64,000 nt of DNA, taken from positions 1,312,001 through 1,376,000 of the forward strand of contig OZ244048.1 in assembly GCA_965215265.1 (NCBI GenBank), in the 5' to 3' direction. Both the position numbers and the translations under genes were made by a program. The notes under the pieces are model-generated. The model searched no databases. It was not told the DNA's origin and saw only the letters and a program-made list of their open reading frames with translations. The stretch's first letter is position 1. Each line of letters starts with the position of its first letter. The DNA is from Candidatus Poribacteria bacterium. Lineage in GTDB: Bacteria > Poribacteria > WGA-4E > WGA-3G. Below, in pieces: positions 1-9,964 of this stretch.

Positions 1-1551
1 ACGTTGTATGTATTGCTCAAACATTATGGCCTCACGCCTGTGTTCCGAATCAAGCCGCGCATCCGATTTCAACGTTCTAACTACGATAATCTCTCTTCGA
101 GTGCACCGCTCCAGTATAGTCTTGATGACATCATCCATTTTGCGGAACTCAAACGGGGGATAGATCTCACAGAAAAACTTGACGATACAAAACTGGCAGA
201 GATCCTCGGGGATGCCCCCACACTCGTTGAATTGGAGCAAGATCATGCCCTCCAACTTGTCTCGCAACGTGATGTCTCCCTTAGGAACCCGCCTTTCAAA
301 ACCAAGACGAAGGTCTTCGGGCAAGGGGAGGAGGGCGGTGTAGAAGAAGGCGGGATACCGATAGGTAAATTCCTGGACGCACTCAACCAACCGCAAAACA
401 CTGAGCAGATTTTCAAAGAGTTTTCCAGAGGTACTGACTTTGCACGCGACCTGCGTGAAGCACTCGATCCGCTTTCAAACTTTGAATTCCAATTCGGGCT
501 CTATTCGCGCTACGAACGGCGCGATTGTGTTTTAAGTACTGAAAATCCTGAAAATAGTGGCAGCTACCGGGCCACATTTGACCCGTGGACCGCCTTGGGA
601 TATATTCGGACAACCGACGATACACAGCAGTTCCAGATACTGGGACACGAACGCGGCACGCGCTGGGAACACAAAATTATGCTAGAGGCACTTGATGCGC
701 GCACATTAGACCGGCTTGCTAAACAGTTTCGCACACTCCGGCAGCAATATCTCATAGGGCGCGTCTTATCCAAAAGCCAGACCGCCCTCAATATCTTAGC
801 ACATCTCCGCGAAGCTCAACTCAATCATACCCCCGATTTTCCCTCCGGATACAAACTCAGCCTCGAAATCCGCTTAGCCGACAAGCGATTTTCCGTTATT
901 CAACACCGACAAAAACTACGGCAGCTCTTTAACGGAAACGGCACGTATCAACTGCATCCGCTCAACGATGATATTGTTGAAAAGCATCAGAATCTGGCAA
1001 AGGGGGTACGGGACGGGGTTGTCTGGACACTTGATAATGTCAACCTTTTCACGGGATTCCCAACCGTCCAACAGAACGACGCAGGAATTCTTATCAACAG
1101 AACGCCCCCGCAAAACAAGTTTGTCGTCCGTTCTGCTGCAGAACTTCGGGAACGCCTCCCCAAAAACGGGTTTGAGAAATGTTGGAATGAGGTAGTTGAC
1201 ACAGGCGGCTATACAATCCTCAACAAAACCACTGGCAGAGGCTATACTGTTAGCTACGGGCATAGGGATACCGGCAGAACTCTAGAAGGCAACGTTACAC
1301 AAGAGGGACGCACCCACTTCCTCTCTATCGAGTATCTCGGCACTGCACACACACACAGCAGCAACCCTGCACCGCAAGAATCAGCCCAAGCTCACCCCGG
1401 CTTTTTACAGCAATTCTTCAACCGGTTCAGGACTCATAACCAACAACCGGTCCCCGCGCAGATGCGCTCTCTCATTCACACTGAACAACACGTCTTGGCT
1501 GAGATGAAAGAACTGGCGCAGTTTTGTAAGCAGAAATTGGAGATCCCCTAA
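1..1551 (+). CDS. Hypothetical protein with VTC/CYTH-like (triphosphate tunnel) motifs; probably 5'-truncated by the window edge
   Basis: 515-aa ORF open to the window start. KPRIRF, YSRYERR, YRATFD, WEHK and LSKS occur in the order of VTC-domain motifs. Confidence 0.5.
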   Translation, partial: TLYVLLKHYGLTPVFRIKPRIRFQRSNYDNLSSSAPLQYSLDDIIHFAELKRGIDLTEKLDDTKLAEILGDAPTLVELEQDHALQLVSQRDVSLRNPPFKTKTKVFGQGEEGGVEEGGIPIGKFLDALNQPQNTEQIFKEFSRGTDFARDLREALDPLSNFEFQFGLYSRYERRDCVLSTENPENSGSYRATFDPWTALGYIRTTDDTQQFQILGHERGTRWEHKIMLEALDARTLDRLAKQFRTLRQQYLIGRVLSKSQTALNILAHLREAQLNHTPDFPSGYKLSLEIRLADKRFSVIQHRQKLRQLFNGNGTYQLHPLNDDIVEKHQNLAKGVRDGVVWTLDNVNLFTGFPTVQQNDAGILINRTPPQNKFVVRSAAELRERLPKNGFEKCWNEVVDTGGYTILNKTTGRGYTVSYGHRDTGRTLEGNVTQEGRTHFLSIEYLGTAHTHSSNPAPQESAQAHPGFLQQFFNRFRTHNQQPVPAQMRSLIHTEQHVLAEMKELAQFCKQKLEIP

Positions 1552-1571
1552 CAGTAAAGGAGATAGTTACC

Positions 1572-2402
1572 ATGCCTCAAAATAGAAAAGTCCTCATCAC
1601 CGGTGCCGCCGGGTACATCGCCGGACGGATGCTCCCACAATTGCGACAACGCTACGAACTCCGCCTGCTAGACATAAAAAATACGAATCGAGCAGGAGAA
1701 CCTGTCGACGGAGTTCAGATTGCCGAATTGAGCGACCCCGATAGAGATGCCTACCGACACCATTTCCACGGCGTTGATGCCGTCATCCACTGCGCCTTTA
1801 AAGGCGGCAGCTTTGAGAATGAATTCGCAAACGTCCAGATGGCATATAACCTCTATCAGACATGCATAGAGACCGATGTCCGACGTGTCGTTGTCTGTAG
1901 CTCCAACCACGCCGCTGACTACTATGAACGGCTTATATGGGCAGATAAGTGCGAAGTGGTTACACCCGACATGCGTCCGTTATCCGATAATTTCTACGGG
2001 TGGGCAAAAGAGGCTTATGAACACCTCGGCTTTGTCTTTGCTACCGGGCACGTCGATGGAAAGAAACTCCAGAATATCCAACTCCGCATCGGCGGACCAC
2101 GGGAAACCGACATGGCGAATGCTTCTGCTGACGACTTAAAGCAGATGCACCGTGGACTCGGCGCATACCTGAGCACCCCCGATCAGCTACAACTTTTCGT
2201 TAAGAGCATTGAGACGGAAAACATAGAAGATGAAAATGGCATACCATTCCAAATCTTCTACGGCATCAGTGACAATTCGCATAAATTCTGGAGCATCGCC
2301 AATGCACGAAAAGTCATCGGATACGCACCGCGGGACAATAGCCAAGTCCGTTTCGCCAGCCGGCTCGCAGAATTATTGCAAGAGGCAAACGCTAACGCCT
2401 AA
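1572..2402 (+). CDS. NAD-dependent epimerase/dehydratase (uronate dehydrogenase-like extended SDR)
   Basis: TGAAGYIA Rossmann motif, SSNHA, YGWAK catalytic YxxxK; AAGGAG RBS. Confidence 0.85.
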   Translation: MPQNRKVLITGAAGYIAGRMLPQLRQRYELRLLDIKNTNRAGEPVDGVQIAELSDPDRDAYRHHFHGVDAVIHCAFKGGSFENEFANVQMAYNLYQTCIETDVRRVVVCSSNHAADYYERLIWADKCEVVTPDMRPLSDNFYGWAKEAYEHLGFVFATGHVDGKKLQNIQLRIGGPRETDMANASADDLKQMHRGLGAYLSTPDQLQLFVKSIETENIEDENGIPFQIFYGISDNSHKFWSIANARKVIGYAPRDNSQVRFASRLAELLQEANANA

Positions 2403-4288
2403 AACGAGGCACCTAAATTCACGTGGATCTTACCACGCAGGACAGATTCACCAGCGGCAAGCCCATAATTCAGACGGAGGATACCTCCACGCGATTCAAG
2501 GCGAGCCCCGAACCCATAGCCGACGCGGAGCCGCTCAAAAACCGAGGGACGTTCCACTAACGTCACTGCCCCCATATCTGTGAAAATAAAAACTTGGGAG
2601 GAACGTCCTACCAGAAAGCGATATTCTAACGAAGTATGCACGCGCCGCGGGCCAGAAAACCAGTCTTCATCATAACCGCGCAGTGTGTTCGCGCCGCCTA
2701 AATAAAACAATTCTGTTGGCGGGAAGCGCGTTCCCCAGGCCACCGCCCCGTGCAATCCGAGCGCCACCGTCTGATTCTGCCACGTCGGAAAATATTGCTG
2801 CAGCGAGAGCCAGACTTTCCGCAGTCGGAAATCACTGCGCGACACCTCAAACGCAAGGCTATCGCGCCGCCCACGAGTCGGATTCAAAAAATAGTCGCGC
2901 GTATCCCGCGTCAACTCAATGGTCAGACTATACTTTGTTCCCTTGTAGTGCGACGATGCGTCCAAAACAGACGCGACATCCGTAGGCAGCGCCGCGGAAC
3001 GCTCAGCGTCCGGATTCGAAACTCCGACCGGCAATGCCCCGGAAACGGAAGGTTCAGGGCCCGCATCTAAAACTGTCGCACCGCCTGAAACAAACCCCGC
3101 CTCCGGAACGTTGAGGCGGATATACCCTACTGTCAACACGCCTTCAAAGAACCGCCCGAAATTCGCTTTCCCACTCAGCCTCGCATACTGCTCCTCGGAC
3201 ACCGCCTCAGTGTACGGATTGCGCTGGGCAACTGTCCCATATCCAACTCCAGCTGCTATCGGTTTGCCTGCTATCCACGGTTCCTCATACGCAAAACGCA
3301 ACGTTTTCCTTAGACCTGTTTTCCAATAGAAACTCACTTGCCGCCCTGTTCCCAACAGATTGGTTTCGCGTGCCTCAAGCACCCCGGTCACCTGCGGTGC
3401 CGCATCTACATCCGAGGCCGGGGGCGCGTACCCGATGACACCACTCAGCCGTCCTGTTCGCGCCTCTGTCACACGCGCATGGAAATTAATCATATCGGCT
3501 TTCTCACTCGCCTCTAATACATTCGGATTGATGGAATAAAAATATCCTAAATTGCGCAACCGGCGATAACTTAGGTCAATCTTCCGCTGATCGAACCGTT
3601 CCCCCGATTTGACAAGTATTTCCCGAAGCACCACACGCTTTTTTGTCTTTTTCAGACCGGTCACCTTAACCTCGCCAATCTGAATTGGCGAACCCTTACG
3701 CACATTCAATTGGAAATCTACGCTACCGCGCGCTGATACAAACTGGAAGCCAGTCGGTTCCACCTCAACTTTTGGGTAGCCGTGCTCACTGTACAACTGC
3801 TGAATCCGCTCTATTCCACCTTCCAAAGCAGCTTGTGTAAACCGCGTCCCCTCGCGCAATCCGAGCACTTGCCGAATGTCGGTTTCAGAAAATCGTGGTG
3901 CAACTGCTGACTCAATCTTTAACGTCACCACGCCGACACGTACTTGTTTCCCCTCTACTATTCTTACCGTAATCGAGACTGGCTTTTCCTTAACGTTTCC
4001 CGTCTCTGCAGGCAGGGCATCCGGCGTGAGTTCAGCAAATACAAAACCGGCTTCACGATACGCAGCGAGGACGCGCTCAAAGCCATCTACAAATTCCTCA
4101 CGTAGATACGTCTGTCCTGCTTGCAACCCGCACTGCTCTTCCAACTTCTTATCATTGAAGTGCACATGTCCTTCAAACCGGAGCTGCCTAAGCCGGTAGC
4201 GCTGCTCTGAAGCTTCCGCCTGCAACCCAACGCAGGGCAGCGGAAAATAAAAAACCAAAACTATGAAAAAAAGAAGTCGCAGTATCAT
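2399..4288 (-). CDS. BamA/TamA (Omp85) family outer membrane protein
   Basis: Signal peptide, POTRA repeats (YREAGF, YSEHGY, LRNLGYF), ETNLLGTG, LGGANTLRGY, C-terminal Phe. Confidence 0.9.
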   Translation of the reverse strand: MILRLLFFIVLVFYFPLPCVGLQAEASEQRYRLRQLRFEGHVHFNDKKLEEQCGLQAGQTYLREEFVDGFERVLAAYREAGFVFAELTPDALPAETGNVKEKPVSITVRIVEGKQVRVGVVTLKIESAVAPRFSETDIRQVLGLREGTRFTQAALEGGIERIQQLYSEHGYPKVEVEPTGFQFVSARGSVDFQLNVRKGSPIQIGEVKVTGLKKTKKRVVLREILVKSGERFDQRKIDLSYRRLRNLGYFYSINPNVLEASEKADMINFHARVTEARTGRLSGVIGYAPPASDVDAAPQVTGVLEARETNLLGTGRQVSFYWKTGLRKTLRFAYEEPWIAGKPIAAGVGYGTVAQRNPYTEAVSEEQYARLSGKANFGRFFEGVLTVGYIRLNVPEAGFVSGGATVLDAGPEPSVSGALPVGVSNPDAERSAALPTDVASVLDASSHYKGTKYSLTIELTRDTRDYFLNPTRGRRDSLAFEVSRSDFRLRKVWLSLQQYFPTWQNQTVALGLHGAVAWGTRFPPTELFYLGGANTLRGYDEDWFSGPRRVHTSLEYRFLVGRSSQVFIFTDMGAVTLVERPSVFERLRVGYGFGARLESRGGILRLNYGLAAGESVLRGKIHVNLGASF

Positions 4289-4929
4289 ATCAATTTCACC
4301 TTATAATTCATATCGTATCGTGTAAGAATAATCGCCCGAGCACGACACCTCTTTTCTGCTTGATTGGTGCTTCCGGTTTATAATCTGTGCATTTGTAGGC
4401 GGGCGATGAATTGCTTGTTCCCTGCCCCAAGGTGCCTCACATCCGGAATATCTCTTATCCGCCGGCAAATCCCTCAATCCTGATGAAATCAAACGAGTCT
4501 CGTTAGGATGTCGTGGGTATGCAGCAGGCATTTGCACGTCCGTTTTTTTCTAAAACGGGTGGTACAAGGCTTCGGATTTGCATCCATGTTTCAAAACGCG
4601 GTAAAAAGTTGTCAATCTCACAAAAAAGTGTTATAATATACTATGGAAACGCCTTTGGGTTCAGGTTTTGCTTCTCTCATTATACCATAGGAGTCCTCCG
4701 GCGCGCACATCTTTATTTTTTTTACACCGGGCTCACGTGATGTTTTCCTTTATAGCAAACTTCCTAGAAAAGAGAAACACAACGATGGAGTTACAGTATA
4801 CCTTGGCAGCGGCGGCACAACTGAAAAAATAAGCCACGCAAAAACCGAGATTTGCCAGGGGACGCTTTCTAAATTTTTAAACCGAACTCACGTTCGGTTA
4901 AACTGAACTGAATTGAGAGGTGCATCAGG

Positions 4930-5703
4930 ATGCGTTTTGAAAACAGGGTGGCTTTTGTAACAGGGGGTGGCGGGCCTCTAGGGATTGGCAGGGCGGCATG
5001 TCTTGCCTTCGCCTGTGAAGGTGCGTCCGTGGTCGTCGCTGGAGGCAGAAGTGCGGATGCCGTCGCTGCAGAAATTCAGCGTAACGGAGGCAAGGCAATC
5101 TCCGTACCGCTAGATGTTACCGTACCTGAGCAAGTCCAAGCAGCAATGGATACCACGGTAGCTCGTTTTAAACGGGTGGATATTCTCTTTAATAATGCAG
5201 GTATCCTCGGGCGTGAGCCGTTGTTTGAACTCAAACCAGAGCAATTTGATAAGGTGATGGCAGTGAACGTTAAAGGATGTCTGTTATGTGCACAGGCAGC
5301 CGCCAAGGTGATGATAGACACAGGTATACGGGGCCGGATTATTAATAATTCTTCGATCTTTGCAGAAGAATCACACGTTGGAGTTTTGAGTTATTGTGTG
5401 AGCAAAGCGGCGTTGAATCGGCTGACCCGCAGTCTCGCACTCGAGTTGCGTCCGTATGGCATTACAGTGAATGCGATAGCGCCAGGGGGCGGTGCGCCGA
5501 CAGGCATGAATGCTGCCCAAAACCTACCCAAGGATGAAACTCTGCCCCAGTTGCCGCCTGTTTCACCGGATGCACCCCCGCTTGAACGCGGTGCGACTGT
5601 CTGGGACTATATCGGCGGTGTACTGTTTCTGGCTTCCGATGAAGCCGCTTATATTAGCGGAGAAATTATGACCATTGACGGAGGCGCGGTGGCACGCCGA
5701 TAA
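4930..5703 (+). CDS. Short-chain dehydrogenase/reductase (FabG-like)
   Basis: TGGG..GIG, NNAG, YCVSK, VNAIAPG, DGG. Confidence 0.9.
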   Translation: MRFENRVAFVTGGGGPLGIGRAACLAFACEGASVVVAGGRSADAVAAEIQRNGGKAISVPLDVTVPEQVQAAMDTTVARFKRVDILFNNAGILGREPLFELKPEQFDKVMAVNVKGCLLCAQAAAKVMIDTGIRGRIINNSSIFAEESHVGVLSYCVSKAALNRLTRSLALELRPYGITVNAIAPGGGAPTGMNAAQNLPKDETLPQLPPVSPDAPPLERGATVWDYIGGVLFLASDEAAYISGEIMTIDGGAVARR

Positions 5704-5719
5704 ATAAGGAGGCAATCGG

Positions 5720-6157
5720 TTGGGGTTTATTAGTACATTAGCACCTTATGGGCTCTTAATCTTTGAGTGGCTTAAAGAACACGGTTTATTTCTCGGCATT
5801 ATCTCATCTATCATTTTTGTGGTGAGCCTCACCGGATGCGCAGCCGTTATCGCTTACCTGCCTTCTGACTATTTTATCCGCAAAAAACAGGTCCGTCGTA
5901 TTAAGCAACCTGTTTTACGGGTGTGTCTAAGCTTGTTCAAAAACTTTCTCGCTATGATTCTTATTGTTGTAGGAATTATCCAAATCCCGTTACCTGGGCA
6001 AGGTATTTTGACAATTTTAATAGGGATTTTGATGAGTGACATCCCTGGCAAGCGGCGGTGGGAACGTCGTCTCATTCAAATACCTGCAGTGTTCAAAGGG
6101 GCAAATGGTATCCGCGCCTGTTTTAAACGCCCACCGCTCGTGTTAGAACAAAAGTAG
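5720..6157 (+). CDS. PGPGW-type small membrane protein
   Basis: TM helices, LPSDYF and PLPGQGILTILIG motifs; AGGAGG RBS before a TTG start. Confidence 0.7.
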   Translation: MGFISTLAPYGLLIFEWLKEHGLFLGIISSIIFVVSLTGCAAVIAYLPSDYFIRKKQVRRIKQPVLRVCLSLFKNFLAMILIVVGIIQIPLPGQGILTILIGILMSDIPGKRRWERRLIQIPAVFKGANGIRACFKRPPLVLEQK

Positions 6158-6174
6158 AGTAATTGTGTTCTCGT

Positions 6175-6838
6175 CTACCGATCAAACAACCGCTTATGAA
6201 TTTCCAACAGTCATTGGAGCTCTTTAATGGGTTCAACGTGGTCGTCGACGCGAAGGTCTATGTAACGGTCATTGAAGCCGCTGTAGTCCCCATTTTCGCG
6301 TACAACGAGTAGTGCCGCAGACTGCTGTCCGCGTCTATCGCCTCCATTTTCTTGCGCAGCGATGAGTTTATCAGCGAGTTCGCCTTGGGATTTCTCAAAG
6401 GCTTTCCGCATCGCCTTGACGACTGCTTCTCCGGCAAGAATATTGCCTTGGGCAGTATAATTTTTGCCTGATGCGGTGCCTGCCCACTCCTGGCATTTAT
6501 CTCCGGTATAGTTTGCGATGTTGCCTTTCGCGTCCACGATGCCGACTTGCCGAGTTGCATGTCCCCCATCCGCTGCGATGAGACGTTCTAAGGTCTGTTC
6601 TGCCGAAAGCCCACTTTTAAGCCCTTCGGACCGCATGTGGTGTTTGCCCAAGATTGCGTTGCAACTGCTCCAACGCCTGCTTCTGCCCAAGGGACAACTG
6701 CACCGACAGCGAATAATTTAGATTGCACGGCAACCCCAAGGTCTCCGTTATCCGGTCGTATGCAACAATGGAAAACGTCGCGACGGGGAATGCAGGCTCA
6801 GAAACGGATAAAAATAGACTAAAGGGCAAAAAAAGCAT
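6175..6838 (-). pseudogene. DUF1028 (Ntn-hydrolase-like) pseudogene
   Basis: [39 protein letters not shown] and RQVGIVD...QGNIL...GGDRRGQQSAAL...DLRVDDH lie in three successive reading-frame segments (two frameshifts). Premature TGA at 6211-6213 (ELQ*LLEIHKRLF). Confidence 0.8.
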
Positions 6839-6899
6839 CAGGTGCTCCTATGAGGCATATTCTGAGGTTGCTTGGACAGCGAGGGAAAAATAGCGTCCT

Positions 6900-8198
6900 T
6901 TACTCTTCTTCAAATCGGATCTTCATTGCAGCAGCATGCCCTTCTAACCCCTCTACTTCGGCGAGTTTAACAACAGCCGGCGTGACTTTCTCTAAAGCGG
7001 TTTTGGTGTAAGAAATAAGGCTGGTCTTCTTTATGAAATCGTCAACACTTAAGGGTGAAGCGTAACGAGCAGCAGTTCCGGTCGGCAGGACGTGATTGGG
7101 GCCCGCAATGTAATCGCCAACCGCTTCAGGCGAATAAGGTCCGAGCAAAACGGCACCAGCGTTTTGGATTTTCCCTAACCATTCCAGCGGATTCTCTACG
7201 TGCAATTCAACGTGTTCCGGCGCGATTTGATTGGTGAGTTCAACGGCTTCGTCTAAATTGGTGACAACAAACGCGACACCGTAGTTTTCTAAAGCCTGTT
7301 GAATCTGGTTTAGGCGCGGCAGATCCTCGGTTTGGAGCTGCACTGCGGCCCTGACCTGTTCAGCAAAACCGAGTGATTCGGTAAACAGGATTGCAGAACA
7401 GTCCGCGCTGTGCTCTGCTTGTGAAATCAAATCGGCGGCGATATAATCCGGATCGGCGGTGCTATCCGCAATGACGAGAATTTCGCTTGGGCCAGCCAGT
7501 TTATCTATATCGACATGCCCGTAAACCTCTTTTTTTGCAAGTTGGACGTAGAGATTGCCGGGGCCCACAACCTTGTCGACAGGGGGTATCGTCTCTGTTC
7601 CATAAGCCAGGGCCGCCACAGCTTGGGCCCCGCCACACTTATAGAGTTCTCGCACGCCACATTCAGCAGCAGCAACTACCATGTGTGGGTTAATCTGCCG
7701 ATTCCGTAGCGGGCCCATACAGACAGCAATTTCCTCAACGCCACAGATGGTAGCGGGTATGACGTTCATTAGCAACGAAGACACGAGGGCCTGACTCACT
7801 GACGGAATACAGATGCCGACGCGTTTTAAGGGACGGATGAGATGCCCTAGAATAACGCCATCTGCTTCTGTAGACACCCAGGAAGTACGCAGCTGCTTTT
7901 GGTGGAACTTCTCAATGTTCTTTCTAGCATGGGTAACTGCTTCAATAAATTCGGAGGTTACCTCTAAATAAGCCTGCCCAAATTCTTCAGGTGTTACCTT
8001 GAGCTCTTTTGGAGAAAAACGTGGGGCATCGAGTTTTCTCGTATATCGTGCGACAGCTTTATCGCCTTCATTTCGTACGTCGCTCAGGGTGCGTCGTACT
8101 GTTTTGAAGATGCCCTCATCGGTTAACTTTCCTCTCGCCTGCAATTTTGTTAGGAAAGCCTTTGCTTCTGGCGTATGCGTTTGAAGTATTCGCAACAT
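6900..8198 (-). CDS. hisD: Histidinol dehydrogenase
   Basis: GGAQAVAALAYGTE, GPGN, AGPSE, SQAEH, APEH, GDYIAGPNHVLPT. Confidence 0.97.
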   Translation of the reverse strand: MLRILQTHTPEAKAFLTKLQARGKLTDEGIFKTVRRTLSDVRNEGDKAVARYTRKLDAPRFSPKELKVTPEEFGQAYLEVTSEFIEAVTHARKNIEKFHQKQLRTSWVSTEADGVILGHLIRPLKRVGICIPSVSQALVSSLLMNVIPATICGVEEIAVCMGPLRNRQINPHMVVAAAECGVRELYKCGGAQAVAALAYGTETIPPVDKVVGPGNLYVQLAKKEVYGHVDIDKLAGPSEILVIADSTADPDYIAADLISQAEHSADCSAILFTESLGFAEQVRAAVQLQTEDLPRLNQIQQALENYGVAFVVTNLDEAVELTNQIAPEHVELHVENPLEWLGKIQNAGAVLLGPYSPEAVGDYIAGPNHVLPTGTAARYASPLSVDDFIKKTSLISYTKTALEKVTPAVVKLAEVEGLEGHAAAMKIRFEEE

Positions 8199-8257
8199 CG
8201 TTCAATAAGTGCTTCCTTTTCGCGGGTGTACTGCGTCCTGTTTAATCCGGCTTTGTG

Positions 8258-9526
8258 CTAAGCGGCGTTGACTCTGAGAATATCTGCGCCGATGTTGTTC
8301 AATTTTTTCTCAATTGCTTCGTAGCCCCGGTCAATGTGATAGACACGCGAGACTACGGTTTCGCCAACGGCAGCCATACCGGCAGCCACTAATACGGCAC
8401 CAGCCCGCAAGTCAGATGCCATGACAGGGGCACCACTGAGACGCGCGCCACCGTGAATCAGGGCGCGCCTGCCATCCAGCATGATATTCGCGCCCATGCG
8501 GTTCAACTCGGCTGCGTGTATGAACCTATCTGTGTGCACCTTTTCAGTGATGACGCTGGTGCCTGTTGCGAGGCAGAGGAGCCCCATTAACTGTGCCTGC
8601 ATATCGGTAGGGAACCCCGGAAACGGCGCGGTTGTCACATCAATCGCTCTGAATTCTCTGGGTGTTGTGACTCGTACACCCGAGTCGTCCCAATCCAATT
8701 CCACACCCGCCTCAATGAGTTTCTCCGCGACAGCGGGCAGCTGCTGCGGTGTGATGCCTTTGACATACACATCCCCGCGCGTAATTGCTGCAGCTGCCAT
8801 AAAGGTCCCTGCTTCAATATCGTCGGATATGACGGTGTGTTCGGTGCCGCGTAACTGTTTGACCCCGTGGATTGTAAGTACGGAAGAGCCGATGCCCTCA
8901 ATATTTGCACCCATCGCGTTGAGAAACCGGGCTAAATCGCTGATATGCGGCTCGCGTGCAGCACCGCGAATAACGGTGGTTCCCTCAGCCAAAGTCGCCG
9001 CCATCATTACGTTGGCCGTCGCACCGACACTCGGCCCGTATTGTCCAGTGAGGTACATTTCTGTTCCACGCAGCCGTTGCGCTTGCGCATAGATGTACCC
9101 CTTTTCCACCTGCACGTCTGTACCTAAGTTCTCCAAGCCGCGGATGTGCAAGTCTATCGGCCGGGGCCCAATCGCGCAGCCACCGGGGAATGAAACTTTG
9201 GCACGCCCGAGCTTTGCGACAAGCGGACCTAAGACATAGATGGACGCACGCATTTTCCGGACGAGCTCATAGGGCGCCTCATACTCCAGATGGTTCACCG
9301 GCTCAATATAGAGTGTCGATTTTTTTAGTTTCGTTGATGCCCCAAGACCTTCAAGCACTGCACATAGTGTTGCTACGTCTGTTAAATTTGGCACATTGTG
9401 AAGTACGCTGACACCATCCCCGAGAATCGCAGCCGCGACTGCGATAGGGAGCACAGCGTTTTTGCAACCGCTTACCGGAATTGTACCTTCAAGCCTTGTT
9501 GAACCCTTGACAATTAATTTTTCCAT
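8258..9526 (-). CDS. murA: UDP-N-acetylglucosamine 1-carboxyvinyltransferase
   Basis: KNAVLP, MRAS, PGGCAIGPRPIDLH, FPTDMQAQ, DLRAG, HIDRGY. Confidence 0.98.
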   Translation of the reverse strand: MEKLIVKGSTRLEGTIPVSGCKNAVLPIAVAAAILGDGVSVLHNVPNLTDVATLCAVLEGLGASTKLKKSTLYIEPVNHLEYEAPYELVRKMRASIYVLGPLVAKLGRAKVSFPGGCAIGPRPIDLHIRGLENLGTDVQVEKGYIYAQAQRLRGTEMYLTGQYGPSVGATANVMMAATLAEGTTVIRGAAREPHISDLARFLNAMGANIEGIGSSVLTIHGVKQLRGTEHTVISDDIEAGTFMAAAAITRGDVYVKGITPQQLPAVAEKLIEAGVELDWDDSGVRVTTPREFRAIDVTTAPFPGFPTDMQAQLMGLLCLATGTSVITEKVHTDRFIHAAELNRMGANIMLDGRRALIHGGARLSGAPVMASDLRAGAVLVAAGMAAVGETVVSRVYHIDRGYEAIEKKLNNIGADILRVNAA

Positions 9527-9643
9527 TTTTCATTCTCCTACGGATGCTTGCAATTTTAGACCACTATTGGTAAATCTTAACGACTAAAGATGGGGGCTTA
9601 CCAGAAATGAGTCTATTTCCTTGTGAAGAATCAGGAGCTGCCA

Positions 9644-9703
9644 ACGAGATTTACTCCGCACTTACAGCAGCATAAAACATCATAGTACTGAGTTATTCTA
9701 AAA
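9644..9703 (+). repeat. 60-bp dispersed unit (diverged copy)
   Basis: ACGAGATTTA...CATAA...ATAGTACTGAGTTATTCTAAAA aligns without gaps to the units at 11478 and 11538. Confidence 0.65.
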
Positions 9704-9711
9704 ACCTCTAT

Positions 9712-9728
9712 TGCATAAACGATGCCAA
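9712..9728 (-). promoter_or_regulatory. Putative sigma54 (-24/-12) promoter upstream of murA-hisD
   Basis: Minus strand TTGGCATCGTTTATGCA fits GG-N10-GC, ~185 bp upstream of the murA start. Confidence 0.55.
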
Positions 9729-9964
9729 ACCTATCTTTGTTACAAATATAGTGGTACAAGGCACGTAAACATTTTCGGGTTGTGTCAAAATAGACACATG
9801 TTATTTTACCATTCTTTTGAAATCACATTACCTCTTGTCTTAGTGGAAACGCGACAGCCCTTTTTTCGCTCGCTATCAAACAGATAAGCAGAATTCATTT
9901 GCACTAAATCGGAATCTTTGATAAAATCTAATTTCAATTTCTCTCATTTTATGAGGTAAAGCAG

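Noticed and set aside
4301-4929. Small ORFs and a CTGATGA (hammerhead-like) motif in the long intergenic region
   Set aside because: The ORFs lack an RBS and recognisable motifs; no properly placed GAAA or stems for a hammerhead.
6211-6213. TGA in the DUF1028 gene as selenocysteine
   Set aside because: The context (ELQ*LL) fits a CGA-to-TGA change at an Arg position, and the gene also has frameshifts, so it is a pseudogene.
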